A stretch of 20,000 nt of DNA from an uncultured virus (IMG/VR IMGVR_UViG_3300007609_001041) (IMGVR_UViG_3300007609_001041:51989-71988), one strand, 5' to 3'; shown: positions 1 through 8,945, counted from the stretch's first letter. The notes: a model not told the origin generated them from the sequence alone. Translations and numbers: made by a program.

Positions 1-1
1 T

Positions 2-1456
2 TTATCCGCCATAAATATCTCTTATATCTTTGCCTGTAATTTTTTTATATCGTTCTACTAGAAATGTTGGTGAGTCTAACGCAAATTTGTAACCTAAATC
101 TCTGCAATGATTGCGTAATCTAAACCATCTTTCAATTCTTACTTTTTGTGTGTTATCACCGATTTCCCATGCTCCTACATCGTCATAGTCTACACCCATT
201 TCTTGAAACTGATCGAATAGCGGCGTGCCTGGATAGATTCGCATAGTTGCTCCGAGACTGACTTGAAAAACTGTTCCATCTTTTGCATACTTGGCATTTC
301 GAGTAAACATGTCCATAGTTTCTTGAAATTCTTCCTCGCCTTCGCCCGGGTATCCAATTAGCATCATCATTACAGTATCGATGCCGTTTTTAGAACATTG
401 TTCCAAAGTGTAGTCAATATCAACAGCTCTAGCACCCTTTTTCATTGCATTAAGAACTTTTTGACTGCCGCTCTCGATACCTAACAGCATTCTAGTACAT
501 CCGCTCTTTGATAACTTTTCGTATATTTCTGGACCTTGCGAATTAGGAGGTCTCACAATAAATTGTCCTCCCCATTTTACACCATCTAAATTTTCTTCAA
601 TGAGTGTGTCCATCATTGCATCCATTTGGGGAATATTACCGTTTAGTAAACTATCTGTAAAATAAAACTCTTTTATTCCTGGATGCGTCTTAACTTGATG
701 TATAATTTCTTTTGCAATAGTTACTCCGCTTTTACTAGTAAAAGATGGCCAGCGTTTGCCTACATCACAAAACTTACAACGTCTAATACACCCTCTACTT
801 CCAGTTAAGTATAACAGATCTGTTCCTTTTGGATCTTCAAATGGATCTCTAAACAAATGACTATATTGTGACAAGTCATAATCTGTATAATCAGCAAACG
901 GAAGTGAATCTAACTCTTTCATCTGTATAGGAAACTTTCCGTTTATTCCTGGATAGTCTGTATTTCCGTTAAGCAGATGTAGTATAGGATTTTCTCCTTC
1001 TGCTTCCACATATGCATAAATTCTATCTTGTTTAAGATTAGTAGGCCCGTAATCAGGTGATGCACCCGGTCCTCCTAATATAACTTTAACTTCGGGCAAT
1101 CTAATAAGTATTTCGTCTAAGAACAAGTCACACATTACAAGTTGCCAATGACTTAATAATGTTATACCAACAAACTTTGGATTATAACCTGCAATTTTCT
1201 CTACAGCCTGTTCTACTAACGGAACAAATATATGTTTAACTTTTTCAAAATATTTCTTGTTAATTAGTGTTTGGTCGTTGTCTAGCCAAAGATGAGCATA
1301 TTCGTCTTTTACAATATTCCAAAATTCTACATTAAAGTCAATACATTTACTAGTATAACCATGTTCTTCGACAACTGCCTTTAGTGCTGCTGGCCCAATA
1401 AGAGGGCTTTGTACTTCAAATTTTGGAATACTAATAAAAACAATATCTTTATTCAT
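2..1456 (-). CDS. Cobalamin (B12)-binding domain radical SAM protein, copy 1
   Basis: 484 aa ORF. N-terminal B12-binding-type region (PLIGPAALKA...FVGIT...VILGGP...EGE), CxxxCxxC motif in SRGCIRRCKFC, then FTDS, GIESGS and IGYPGE motifs typical of this class. Overlaps the end of the upstream permease by 8 nt. Confidence 0.9.
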   Translation of the reverse strand: MNKDIVFISIPKFEVQSPLIGPAALKAVVEEHGYTSKCIDFNVEFWNIVKDEYAHLWLDNDQTLINKKYFEKVKHIFVPLVEQAVEKIAGYNPKFVGITLLSHWQLVMCDLFLDEILIRLPEVKVILGGPGASPDYGPTNLKQDRIYAYVEAEGENPILHLLNGNTDYPGINGKFPIQMKELDSLPFADYTDYDLSQYSHLFRDPFEDPKGTDLLYLTGSRGCIRRCKFCDVGKRWPSFTSKSGVTIAKEIIHQVKTHPGIKEFYFTDSLLNGNIPQMDAMMDTLIEENLDGVKWGGQFIVRPPNSQGPEIYEKLSKSGCTRMLLGIESGSQKVLNAMKKGARAVDIDYTLEQCSKNGIDTVMMMLIGYPGEGEEEFQETMDMFTRNAKYAKDGTVFQVSLGATMRIYPGTPLFDQFQEMGVDYDDVGAWEIGDNTQKVRIERWFRLRNHCRDLGYKFALDSPTFLVERYKKITGKDIRDIYGG

Positions 1457-2195
1457 AAGTTCGATTTACCCTTCCTAAGTATATGAGAACAGCATATACT
1501 ATAGTAGTTATCACACTTACTGATAAGACACTTGGACTAATGATGTCAGTAACATAACTCCACATAATAATTGGAAGAGTTTGAGTACTATGATCTAATA
1601 ACAACAACGCTACAATAAACTCGTCAAAACTAGTAATAAACGCAAGAGAACATCCTGCAAGCAATCCGGGCAACATAACTGGAAGTTGTATATCTTTTAA
1701 TATTTGAAAACTATTTGCACCGCATAGTCTAGCACTTTTTGCAATATTTTCATCATAGTTATTTAGACTACTTAGCGTCATTAAAATTACATAAGGAACA
1801 CATAAAACAGTATGTGCTATAATAAGATTGATAAAACTGTTAGTAAACCCTATATCATTAAAAAAGAAAATCCAGCCAAGGCCAATAATGATACTCGGTA
1901 TTACAATAGGACTGATTATTACACTTAGAACTATTCCGTTTCTATATTGGTTCAACCACAACGCCGCAGGAACAGATAGTAGTATACAACTAATAACAGT
2001 ATATGCTCCTACTTGAAAACTAGTTACAATACTTTTATACCACATAGGATCTGTAAATAATTGGTTATACCATTTCAAGCTGAACTCAAAATCAGAAATT
2101 TTAAAATAGTTTCCACCGTCAACGCTAAACAAAATAATAACCAACATAGGCATTAACAAATATAAGAACATGCCATAAGCAAATAATCTAAGCAC
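1449..2195 (-). CDS. potC: ABC transporter permease, PotC family
   Basis: Hydrophobic helices, FSLKWY motif, EAA-like loop (AKSARLCGAN), AFITSFDEF and TLP motifs. Start moved from 2231 to the GTG at 2195, which follows an AAGGAG Shine-Dalgarno and overlaps the potB stop. Confidence 0.88.
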   Translation of the reverse strand: MLRLFAYGMFLYLLMPMLVIILFSVDGGNYFKISDFEFSLKWYNQLFTDPMWYKSIVTSFQVGAYTVISCILLSVPAALWLNQYRNGIVLSVIISPIVIPSIIIGLGWIFFFNDIGFTNSFINLIIAHTVLCVPYVILMTLSSLNNYDENIAKSARLCGANSFQILKDIQLPVMLPGLLAGCSLAFITSFDEFIVALLLLDHSTQTLPIIMWSYVTDIISPSVLSVSVITTIVYAVLIYLGRVNRTYE

Positions 2196-3174
2196 GGGCG
2201 TCTCCTTTAAAGTTAATACGATAATAAACATAAAACAACATTAAACTAGTTGATAGCATAATAACTGTTAGCGCACTTGCTAGGCCCCAGTTTAATGTAT
2301 ATTGAACTTGTCTAATTATTTGTTCTGTAACAAACAGGCCTTTACTTCCACCTAACAGACTTGGAGTAATATAGTATCCAGTAACACTCATAAATGTTAG
2401 TATGGTGCTGTTTGCAATACCTTTGATTGTTTGCGGCAAATACACATATCTAAATGTTTGAAATTTATTAGCACCTGAAATTGTACTTACTTTAATTAAA
2501 TCGTTATTAACATTTTTCATAGCAAGATATATAGGTAATACACTTAGTGGCAGTGCGATATATACACTGCCTATATAAATTGCTGTAATTGTATTCATAA
2601 GATCGAAAGGTTGTAACAATAATATCCAACTAACTGTACGACTTAAGAAGCTACTAAACAGCGGAATCAACACAACAAATAGTGCAATCTTAGCTGCTTT
2701 GCCTTTTAGTTTAGTAAGATAATATGCAAGAGGATACGCTACTACTAAGCAAATGGCTGTAATAATTGCACTAAGAAGATATGTCCTTCCTATAACTTTT
2801 AAGTATAAGTCGTTAAATGCACGTTTAAAATTAGCAAATGTATAAGGCTTTACTTCTTGTTCTATTACACTCCAAAATGCAGGGTCTTGCCATCCAGGGT
2901 GTTCTAAACCTTTTCTAAACATACTTCGTGTTTTGTGATAGTGATGATTAAGGTAGGTGATAGATCTACGACTGTCCTCACGGGCTAAGTCACTTTTTAT
3001 AGCTTCAGTCCGGTCTCCGCCGTTAACTACGTAGTCGGTTATGTTTGGAAGATAACGTTCAACAGTTGTGTTGTAAACACTATTTTTAAGAATTTCACCT
3101 AGTGGAAGGAGAAAGAACACTGCTAGAAAAAATACTAGCGGTATAATCTTTCCATGTTTCGCAAACAAATTCAT
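2188..3174 (-). CDS. potB: ABC transporter permease, PotB family, with a long N-terminal extracytoplasmic loop
   Basis: 328 aa. AYPLAY, LIPLFSSFLSRTVSW, EAA-like loop (STISGAN), YYITPSLLGG and LNWGLASAL motifs. AGGAG upstream of the ATG. Confidence 0.88.
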   Translation of the reverse strand: MNLFAKHGKIIPLVFFLAVFFLLPLGEILKNSVYNTTVERYLPNITDYVVNGGDRTEAIKSDLAREDSRRSITYLNHHYHKTRSMFRKGLEHPGWQDPAFWSVIEQEVKPYTFANFKRAFNDLYLKVIGRTYLLSAIITAICLVVAYPLAYYLTKLKGKAAKIALFVVLIPLFSSFLSRTVSWILLLQPFDLMNTITAIYIGSVYIALPLSVLPIYLAMKNVNNDLIKVSTISGANKFQTFRYVYLPQTIKGIANSTILTFMSVTGYYITPSLLGGSKGLFVTEQIIRQVQYTLNWGLASALTVIMLSTSLMLFYVYYRINFKGDARA

Positions 3175-3838
3175 TTACAAAATCACTCCTAGGATTATCA
3201 AGAATTTCTGTAGGACTGCCTACTTGCTCTACTTTTCCTTGATTCATAATAACAATAGTGTCGCACATATTAAATGCTTCAGTGAAGTCGTGTGTGACGT
3301 ACACTACTGTTGTATTTTTAAGTAGCTGTTTAATATCTTTTTGTAATTTAATTCTTAGCTTTAAGTCTAGCGATGCTAAAGGTTCGTCCATTAGTATAAC
3401 ATCTGGATTATATACTAATGCCCTTGCAATTGCAACTCGCTGTTGTTGCCCACCGCTTAATTGTTTAGGATATTTATCAGCATGTTCTTCCATTCCTATA
3501 ACATTTAAAATATTAGATACAGCGGATGTATTCTTGCCTTTTACTCTCAATGGATATGCTATATTTTCATAAGCAGTCATATTAGGAAATAAACTAAAGT
3601 TTTGAAACACCATTCCTAGTGGTCTTTTATTACTACTTAGGCTAGTAATATCCAAACCGTTAACTATTACTTGTCCACAGTCTGGTGTTTCAAACCCTGT
3701 AATGCAATTAAGTAGGGTACTTTTGCCGCTGCCACTAGGTCCTAGAACAGCGACATTCGATCCAGAAGAAACATTAAAAGTTACATCATCGAGAACTTTA
3801 TCTCGAAATGTTTTGCTAATGTTCTTTATTTCTAGCAT
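3095..3838 (-). CDS. potA: ABC transporter ATP-binding subunit, PotA family (short, no C-terminal TOBE region)
   Basis: Walker A GPSGSGKST, Q-loop VFQNFSLFP, signature LSGGQQQR, Walker B ILMDEP, H-loop VTHD. TAATG coupling to the upstream potD. Confidence 0.92.
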   Translation of the reverse strand: MLEIKNISKTFRDKVLDDVTFNVSSGSNVAVLGPSGSGKSTLLNCITGFETPDCGQVIVNGLDITSLSSNKRPLGMVFQNFSLFPNMTAYENIAYPLRVKGKNTSAVSNILNVIGMEEHADKYPKQLSGGQQQRVAIARALVYNPDVILMDEPLASLDLKLRIKLQKDIKQLLKNTTVVYVTHDFTEAFNMCDTIVIMNQGKVEQVGSPTEILDNPRSDFVNEFVCETWKDYTASIFSSSVLSPSTR

Positions 3839-4923
3839 TAGTCTAAGAGCCAGGCTTCCCAGCGTTCATTGATGCGTTCGCCATTGTCAGCCCACCATGC
3901 GCCGTCACGTGGAATGCTACCAGTATAGTTATTAGGGTTAGTAACCATTTCGGCTTCCATGTCTGATCCAGTGTCTACCGAAGTCCAGTTGCCTGAATTT
4001 AAATCAATTGAACTCTTACGTGTAGGCGAGTAAGGAATAATACGACTAATTAGTGCTAGTGTTTCTGTACTAGTAGCATGTTGCAAAAACGCCTTTACTT
4101 CAGGAGTCATTTGTCCTTTTGCTACTACCCAAGGAGAAACTGTATAAATTTGTGCATCCCAAATTTGCTCAATGCTTTGTCCGTCTACGTTCTTGGCTTT
4201 CCAAAAACGTCCATTATAGCTTGCTAAAATTTGTACTTGTCCTGCACTCAATTGTTGAATACCAGCGGCTGCTTTGTCCCACCATACAATATGATCTTTA
4301 ATAGTATCTAACTTAGCAAATGCACGATCGAGTCCTTCGTCAGTTGCTAGTACATCACGTACAATGTTTCGATCCACTCCATCGGCAATCAGTGCCCATT
4401 CTAAGTTATTGTAAGGACGGCGTTGTAATCCTCGCTTTCCTGGAAACTGTTCAACATCAAATACATCGTAAATTGTTTGTGGTGCGTTGTTAGCGTATGT
4501 TTCTGGATCGTATCCAAACTGAATACTGTATACTGCCTGTGGTGCCACACAATCTTTTAGCATACCAGGAAGAAAGTCCTCACTAGGTAGTGTACCGTCT
4601 GGTGCAGGCAGCAACACATCGTCGTGATTAAAGTTTTCTACTAAACCGTCTTCGCATGCAATAGCAAGTGCTTCCTGAGGAATATCAATTACATCATATG
4701 TAATGTTTCCTGTTTCAATTTGTGTACGCAATGCTGCTAGTGCAGAGTGTGCATTTTTGATAACGTTTACAGTTACATCTGGATTCTGCTCAATAAACGG
4801 ATCAATTGCTGCTCTTTGTTGTGCTTCGCCCCATGCACCGCCATAATTTACAATATTTACAGTACTGTCAGCATATGCTGAACTTGCAACAAGTGCTAGA
4901 ACTGTCATAAAGGTATATTTCAT
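3838..4923 (-). CDS. potD: ABC transporter periplasmic substrate-binding protein, PotD/PotF (polyamine/amine) family
   Basis: Signal peptide MKYTFMTVLALVASSAYA|D, YGGAWGEAQ, FDVEQFPGKRGL, LEWALIADGV, LDRAFAKLDTIK, YNGR and C-terminal ERWEAWL. CAGGAG Shine-Dalgarno. The exact ligand cannot be determined from sequence. Confidence 0.88.
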   Translation of the reverse strand: MKYTFMTVLALVASSAYADSTVNIVNYGGAWGEAQQRAAIDPFIEQNPDVTVNVIKNAHSALAALRTQIETGNITYDVIDIPQEALAIACEDGLVENFNHDDVLLPAPDGTLPSEDFLPGMLKDCVAPQAVYSIQFGYDPETYANNAPQTIYDVFDVEQFPGKRGLQRRPYNNLEWALIADGVDRNIVRDVLATDEGLDRAFAKLDTIKDHIVWWDKAAAGIQQLSAGQVQILASYNGRFWKAKNVDGQSIEQIWDAQIYTVSPWVVAKGQMTPEVKAFLQHATSTETLALISRIIPYSPTRKSSIDLNSGNWTSVDTGSDMEAEMVTNPNNYTGSIPRDGAWWADNGERINERWEAWLLD

Positions 4924-4997
4924 TTCATCTCCTGTAAGTCTTACTATAGTAATTATCTACGTATATAACTTAGATATTTACTTCTGACATACTAATA

Positions 4998-5026
4998 ATA
5001 ATACTACAATCAGCTCTAGTAGTCAA
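4998..5026 (-). promoter_or_regulatory. Sigma70-type (early) promoter for the potDABC-radical SAM operon
   Basis: Minus strand reads TTGACT-17 nt-TATTAT, about 75 nt upstream of the potD start. Confidence 0.7.
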
Positions 5027-5054
5027 CTGTTTTATCGAGCATATATAATATACA

Positions 5055-5909
5055 ATGTCATATAAAGTAACACATAATCACCATCTTAGCGTTCGCAAAA
5101 CAACAGATTATATTGTAAAATTAGGTCGTTGTGAGAACATGCCTATGGATTTTAAATCTGAAGCATTACGAGCTGCTAAGTTAATAGCAAAAGAATCTAA
5201 TAATATATGGATTAGTTACAGCGGCGGTATAGACAGTGAGTTTATTATTCAAGTGTTTCTTGAAGCAGGCATCCAATTTAGAGTTGCCACAATTGTTATG
5301 AAAGACGGATCTAACGATTACGATCTACAGCACAGTAGAAATTTTTGTAAACGTATGGGTATCAAGCTACACGAATTTGAAATTGATTTAGAAGAGTTTT
5401 ATAAAAATGATCTAGAAACATATGCTGTTGCAACTAATTGTATTAGTCCACAGTTTCCGGTGCATATGTGGTTATGGGATCAACTAGATGGATTTATAGT
5501 TGCAGGCCACGGTGATCCAATCTTTAAACGTAAAGATTCTAGATGGTATCTTCAAATTCAAAAAAAAGAAGACAGCGTATTTAGATATGCTCAGTGGAGA
5601 AATAGAAACATGGCTCCGGGATTTTACGTATATACTCCGGAACTTCTACTAAGTTTTATGCTAGAAAAAGAAGTAAGTAATATGTTTATTGCTCCTAAGT
5701 TAGCAGGGTTAAGAGATATTGCACAAGTCAAACATCTGGTTTATTCTAAATATTACGATATGGTCGAAAGAGAAAAAAGAACTGGCTTTGAGTTAGTAGA
5801 TAACTTAAACAATGAATATAAAATACATTTAGAAAATACAATACCCGGACATGGCGTATTTCTACAATCAGTAGAAGACCTATTACATAGAATTTGGCCT
5901 AAACTATGA
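5055..5909 (+). CDS. PP-loop (adenine nucleotide alpha-hydrolase-like) ATP pyrophosphatase family protein
   Basis: 284 aa. IWISYSGGIDSE PP-loop motif followed by the typical alpha/beta pattern (FCKRMGIKLHEFEID). Lacks the Zn-binding Cys cluster of QueC. Confidence 0.65.
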   Translation: MSYKVTHNHHLSVRKTTDYIVKLGRCENMPMDFKSEALRAAKLIAKESNNIWISYSGGIDSEFIIQVFLEAGIQFRVATIVMKDGSNDYDLQHSRNFCKRMGIKLHEFEIDLEEFYKNDLETYAVATNCISPQFPVHMWLWDQLDGFIVAGHGDPIFKRKDSRWYLQIQKKEDSVFRYAQWRNRNMAPGFYVYTPELLLSFMLEKEVSNMFIAPKLAGLRDIAQVKHLVYSKYYDMVEREKRTGFELVDNLNNEYKIHLENTIPGHGVFLQSVEDLLHRIWPKL

Positions 5910-6355
5910 TTATTAAACAAGTAGATTTTGAAACAGTGTTACCTGCGTGGGAAAACAATCTTTGGCCTAATCGCAAAGATCCTATTAAACCTACAAATAA
6001 TATTTGTTATCTAGGTGGAAGAGATAAAGATATTAATAATCAAACACCTGTATTTTTTGCCGTGTACGATAATAAAACTATAGTAGGTGTAAACAGCGGC
6101 TTTCCTACACTACACGGAGGATTTCGTAGTAGAGGTATTTGGGTTGATCCGGCATATAGAGAAAAAGGTGTTGGGGCAATGTTGCTAAATGCTGTAATTG
6201 ATTATGCTCGAGAGAATGAATATTCTTATGCATGGAGTATGCCAAGACAAAGTGCTCTATCAGCATATACTAATGTAGGCTTTGAGCAAACAAGCGATTT
6301 TTTTGACGAAGGCGTAGAGTTTGGTCCTAACTGTTTTGTAAGGATTGATCTATGA
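5906..6355 (+). CDS. GNAT family N-acetyltransferase
   Basis: Acetyl-CoA binding motif A (RGIWVDPAYREKGVGAMLL) and motif B (ALSAYTNVGF). ATGA overlaps with both neighbours. Confidence 0.88.
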   Translation: MIIKQVDFETVLPAWENNLWPNRKDPIKPTNNICYLGGRDKDINNQTPVFFAVYDNKTIVGVNSGFPTLHGGFRSRGIWVDPAYREKGVGAMLLNAVIDYARENEYSYAWSMPRQSALSAYTNVGFEQTSDFFDEGVEFGPNCFVRIDL

Positions 6356-7824
6356 CTGATGTAGTTTTAGTTACTTTACCTAAAATGGAAATTAGAGCAC
6401 CCTTAATTGGCCCGGCTGCTCTTAAAAGTATATGCGAAGCAGATGGGTACTCTGTACATTGCGTTGACTTTAATATCGAACTATATCATCAATTGCGAAC
6501 ACAAGTTCCTGAATGGTGGATTTATAATGATCAAACATTTATGCAAGACGATTTATTTGACGAAGCATGGACTACTATATTAGAACCTATAGTTCACAGC
6601 TGGTGTAAAAAACTACAAGACCTAAATCCTAAAGTAATTGGTGTTACAGTATTAAGCATGTGGACCGAACGTATCTGTAATAAGTTTTTGCAAACACTAG
6701 AATTATATTGTCCAGATACCCGTGTAGTATTAGGGGGACCGGGAACACAGCCAGCATATGGTCCAAAGATGCTAGAAGCAAAAAAAATTGATGCATACAT
6801 TACAGGCGAAGGCGAAGTTAGTTTTTTAGAATATCTTAGAGGCAACAAATATTATCCTGGAATAAATGGCAATCCTGCTGAACAGATTGGAGATATGAAT
6901 ACATTACCGTTTCCTGACTATAGTGATTTTGATTTATCAAAATATAGCAGCACTTGGTGGGAACCTCACAAAGAGCCAACAGGGTGTAAATGGTTGTATA
7001 TTACAGGCACTCGGGGGTGTATTAAGCGATGCACTTTTTGTAATGTAGGATCAATATGGCCAAAGTTTGTTAGCAAAACAGGTGAAACTATTGCTAAAGA
7101 AATAAAACATTATATGGATACTACAGGAGTAACTCACTATTATTTTACTGACAGTTTACTCAATGGTAATGTAAAGAATCTAGAAGAAATGGTAGACGCT
7201 ATTATTTCTTTAGGTATTAAGCCTACTATAAAAGGACAATGGATTGCTCGTGGTAAAGATTTAATTAATAGTGAGCTATGGAAAAAGATGGGCAGAGCAG
7301 GTTTCAAACAACTCTTAGTGGGTATCGAAAGTGGAAGTTATAAAACACGCAACGAAATGAAAAAGGGTGTTAGAGAAGAAGATATAGAATATACATTTGA
7401 ACAAGCAAGCAAAAACAAAATTAGATGTATACCGTTGCTTATGGTAGGATATCCAACAGAGACAGCAGAAGATTTTGAGGAAAATATTAAATTTTGGACT
7501 AGGTATAAAAAATATAATGACAATGGTACTATTCTAAAACCTAGTGTGATGGCAACGAATATTTTACCAGACACTCCTCTACATCATAAATTTACCGGAA
7601 ACGGACTAGAGTATGACGATTTAGGTAACTGGGTATATAAAGACAACACTATGAAAGTTCGAATCGAACGCTGGTTTAGATATCGAGACGAGGCACATCG
7701 CTTAGGTTATGAACTTACTTTAGATACTCCTAAACATCTCATAAGAGAATACAAGCGTATTACTGGAATAGATCTTAGTGAAGAATACAAACTCAAAGAT
7801 ACAGAAGAAATATGGAATGATTGA
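6352..7824 (+). CDS. Cobalamin (B12)-binding domain radical SAM protein, copy 2
   Basis: 490 aa. PLIGPAALKS, VVLGGP, TGEGE, TRGCIKRCTFC (CxxxCxxC), YFTDSLLNGN, GIESGS, VGYPTE. Co-linear paralog of 2..1456. Confidence 0.9.
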   Translation: MTDVVLVTLPKMEIRAPLIGPAALKSICEADGYSVHCVDFNIELYHQLRTQVPEWWIYNDQTFMQDDLFDEAWTTILEPIVHSWCKKLQDLNPKVIGVTVLSMWTERICNKFLQTLELYCPDTRVVLGGPGTQPAYGPKMLEAKKIDAYITGEGEVSFLEYLRGNKYYPGINGNPAEQIGDMNTLPFPDYSDFDLSKYSSTWWEPHKEPTGCKWLYITGTRGCIKRCTFCNVGSIWPKFVSKTGETIAKEIKHYMDTTGVTHYYFTDSLLNGNVKNLEEMVDAIISLGIKPTIKGQWIARGKDLINSELWKKMGRAGFKQLLVGIESGSYKTRNEMKKGVREEDIEYTFEQASKNKIRCIPLLMVGYPTETAEDFEENIKFWTRYKKYNDNGTILKPSVMATNILPDTPLHHKFTGNGLEYDDLGNWVYKDNTMKVRIERWFRYRDEAHRLGYELTLDTPKHLIREYKRITGIDLSEEYKLKDTEEIWND

Positions 7825-7851
7825 TACATATTTAATAAAGGATTAAACAAT

Positions 7852-8454
7852 ATGATAAACACACTTTATAAAGTACCAATTTGGATACAAGACAATACAT
7901 TGCCGCAAGATAAATTAGATATGCTAGAACAAGCATGCTACGACAAGTGTCAACCATTGTCAGATTATCCAGATGAATTTAATCCTGATATTTTTAAATT
8001 TTCTCGTTCTAACAAAATAAATGTTCATACGGAGCCTGAATTTAAAGAAGTTACTAACTTAATGTTAACAGCCGCAAGAAATATGATGTTAGAAATGAGT
8101 TACACACAAGAACAGGCTCAGCGTCTTAGAATTGTTAACAGCTGGTTTGCAATATATAAAAATAAAGATAATCTACCTATGCATACACACCGTGATAGTT
8201 TCTTTTCAGGAGCATATTATATTAAAGATGTTACAGATTGTAAATTACGATTTATTCATGACATCTATAGAAATACACCTTACCCAGAAGATTTACATAA
8301 TGAATGGGGCAAAAATGTTACAGACTTTGATTGTAAAGACGGACGAATTATTATATTTCCTAGTGACTGTATACACGGAATTGATCAGCTTAATAGTAAT
8401 AAGCCCGATAATGAACCTATTAAAGTTATGTTATCGTATAATTTTAATTTTTAA
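7852..8454 (+). CDS. Putative 2OG-Fe(II) oxygenase (TIGR02466-like)
   Basis: SW...HTH..SFFSGAYY...GRIIIFPS..IH...SYNF pattern typical of phage 2OG-Fe(II) oxygenases. AAAGGA upstream. Confidence 0.8.
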   Translation: MINTLYKVPIWIQDNTLPQDKLDMLEQACYDKCQPLSDYPDEFNPDIFKFSRSNKINVHTEPEFKEVTNLMLTAARNMMLEMSYTQEQAQRLRIVNSWFAIYKNKDNLPMHTHRDSFFSGAYYIKDVTDCKLRFIHDIYRNTPYPEDLHNEWGKNVTDFDCKDGRIIIFPSDCIHGIDQLNSNKPDNEPIKVMLSYNFNF

Positions 8455-8945
8455 ACACAGGCAACAATATGAATTCGATCCTCAAAACTTCCGTTTAATG
8501 CTAGGTGCTTTAATCTAGTATCTAACCAATATAAATGACCTACTGATTCCATTCTTAATATTTCTTCGTCTACTATAAACATACAATTATTATTTGTAGT
8601 TACAGGAATATGCATTCGCGGGGTTGGATCTGTGTGATATGAATAACATTCTTTAGAGCGCAGTGTCATTACTCTAGTTCTATATAAATTATTTTCTTTA
8701 ATAATACTATTAATATATGGTATATCGTAGTAACATTCGGTAATATCTGTTTCTTCAAAATGTGTTTTAGCAGTTCTTTCTTTGTTTATAGGATCAAACA
8801 CATCAAAATCACCTCTCCATGTTTGTAGATTATTGTTAGAATTTATAGCGTAGTTAATACTTTCTAATTCACTAATAATCTTTTCAACATCATATTTTTT
8901 GCCTGTTTTTATAAATTTATTCACGTACCTTTTCCCTTCGGACAT
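8451..8945 (-). CDS. Aspartyl/asparaginyl beta-hydroxylase-like 2OG-Fe(II) oxygenase
   Basis: RTRVM...YSYHTD..RMHIPVTTN...WLDTRLKH.A.N.S.EDRIHIV, giving an HxD...H facial triad plus distal Arg. Confidence 0.78.
   Translation of the reverse strand: MSEGKRYVNKFIKTGKKYDVEKIISELESINYAINSNNNLQTWRGDFDVFDPINKERTAKTHFEETDITECYYDIPYINSIIKENNLYRTRVMTLRSKECYSYHTDPTPRMHIPVTTNNNCMFIVDEEILRMESVGHLYWLDTRLKHLALNGSFEDRIHIVACV

Noticed and set aside
4957..4967. 11-mer CTACGTATATA also present at 15632-15642, both in intergenic DNA upstream of minus-strand genes
   Set aside because: Short and AT-rich, so a chance match is plausible in 20 kb. A 10-nt version also occurs inside a coding region near 5625. Not supportable as an operator without genome-wide data.
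5055..5909. Possible QueC assignment for the PP-loop protein, given queE in the window
   Set aside because: It lacks the QueC YGQ motif and the C-terminal Zn-binding Cys cluster. Only the generic SGGxDS motif is shared.
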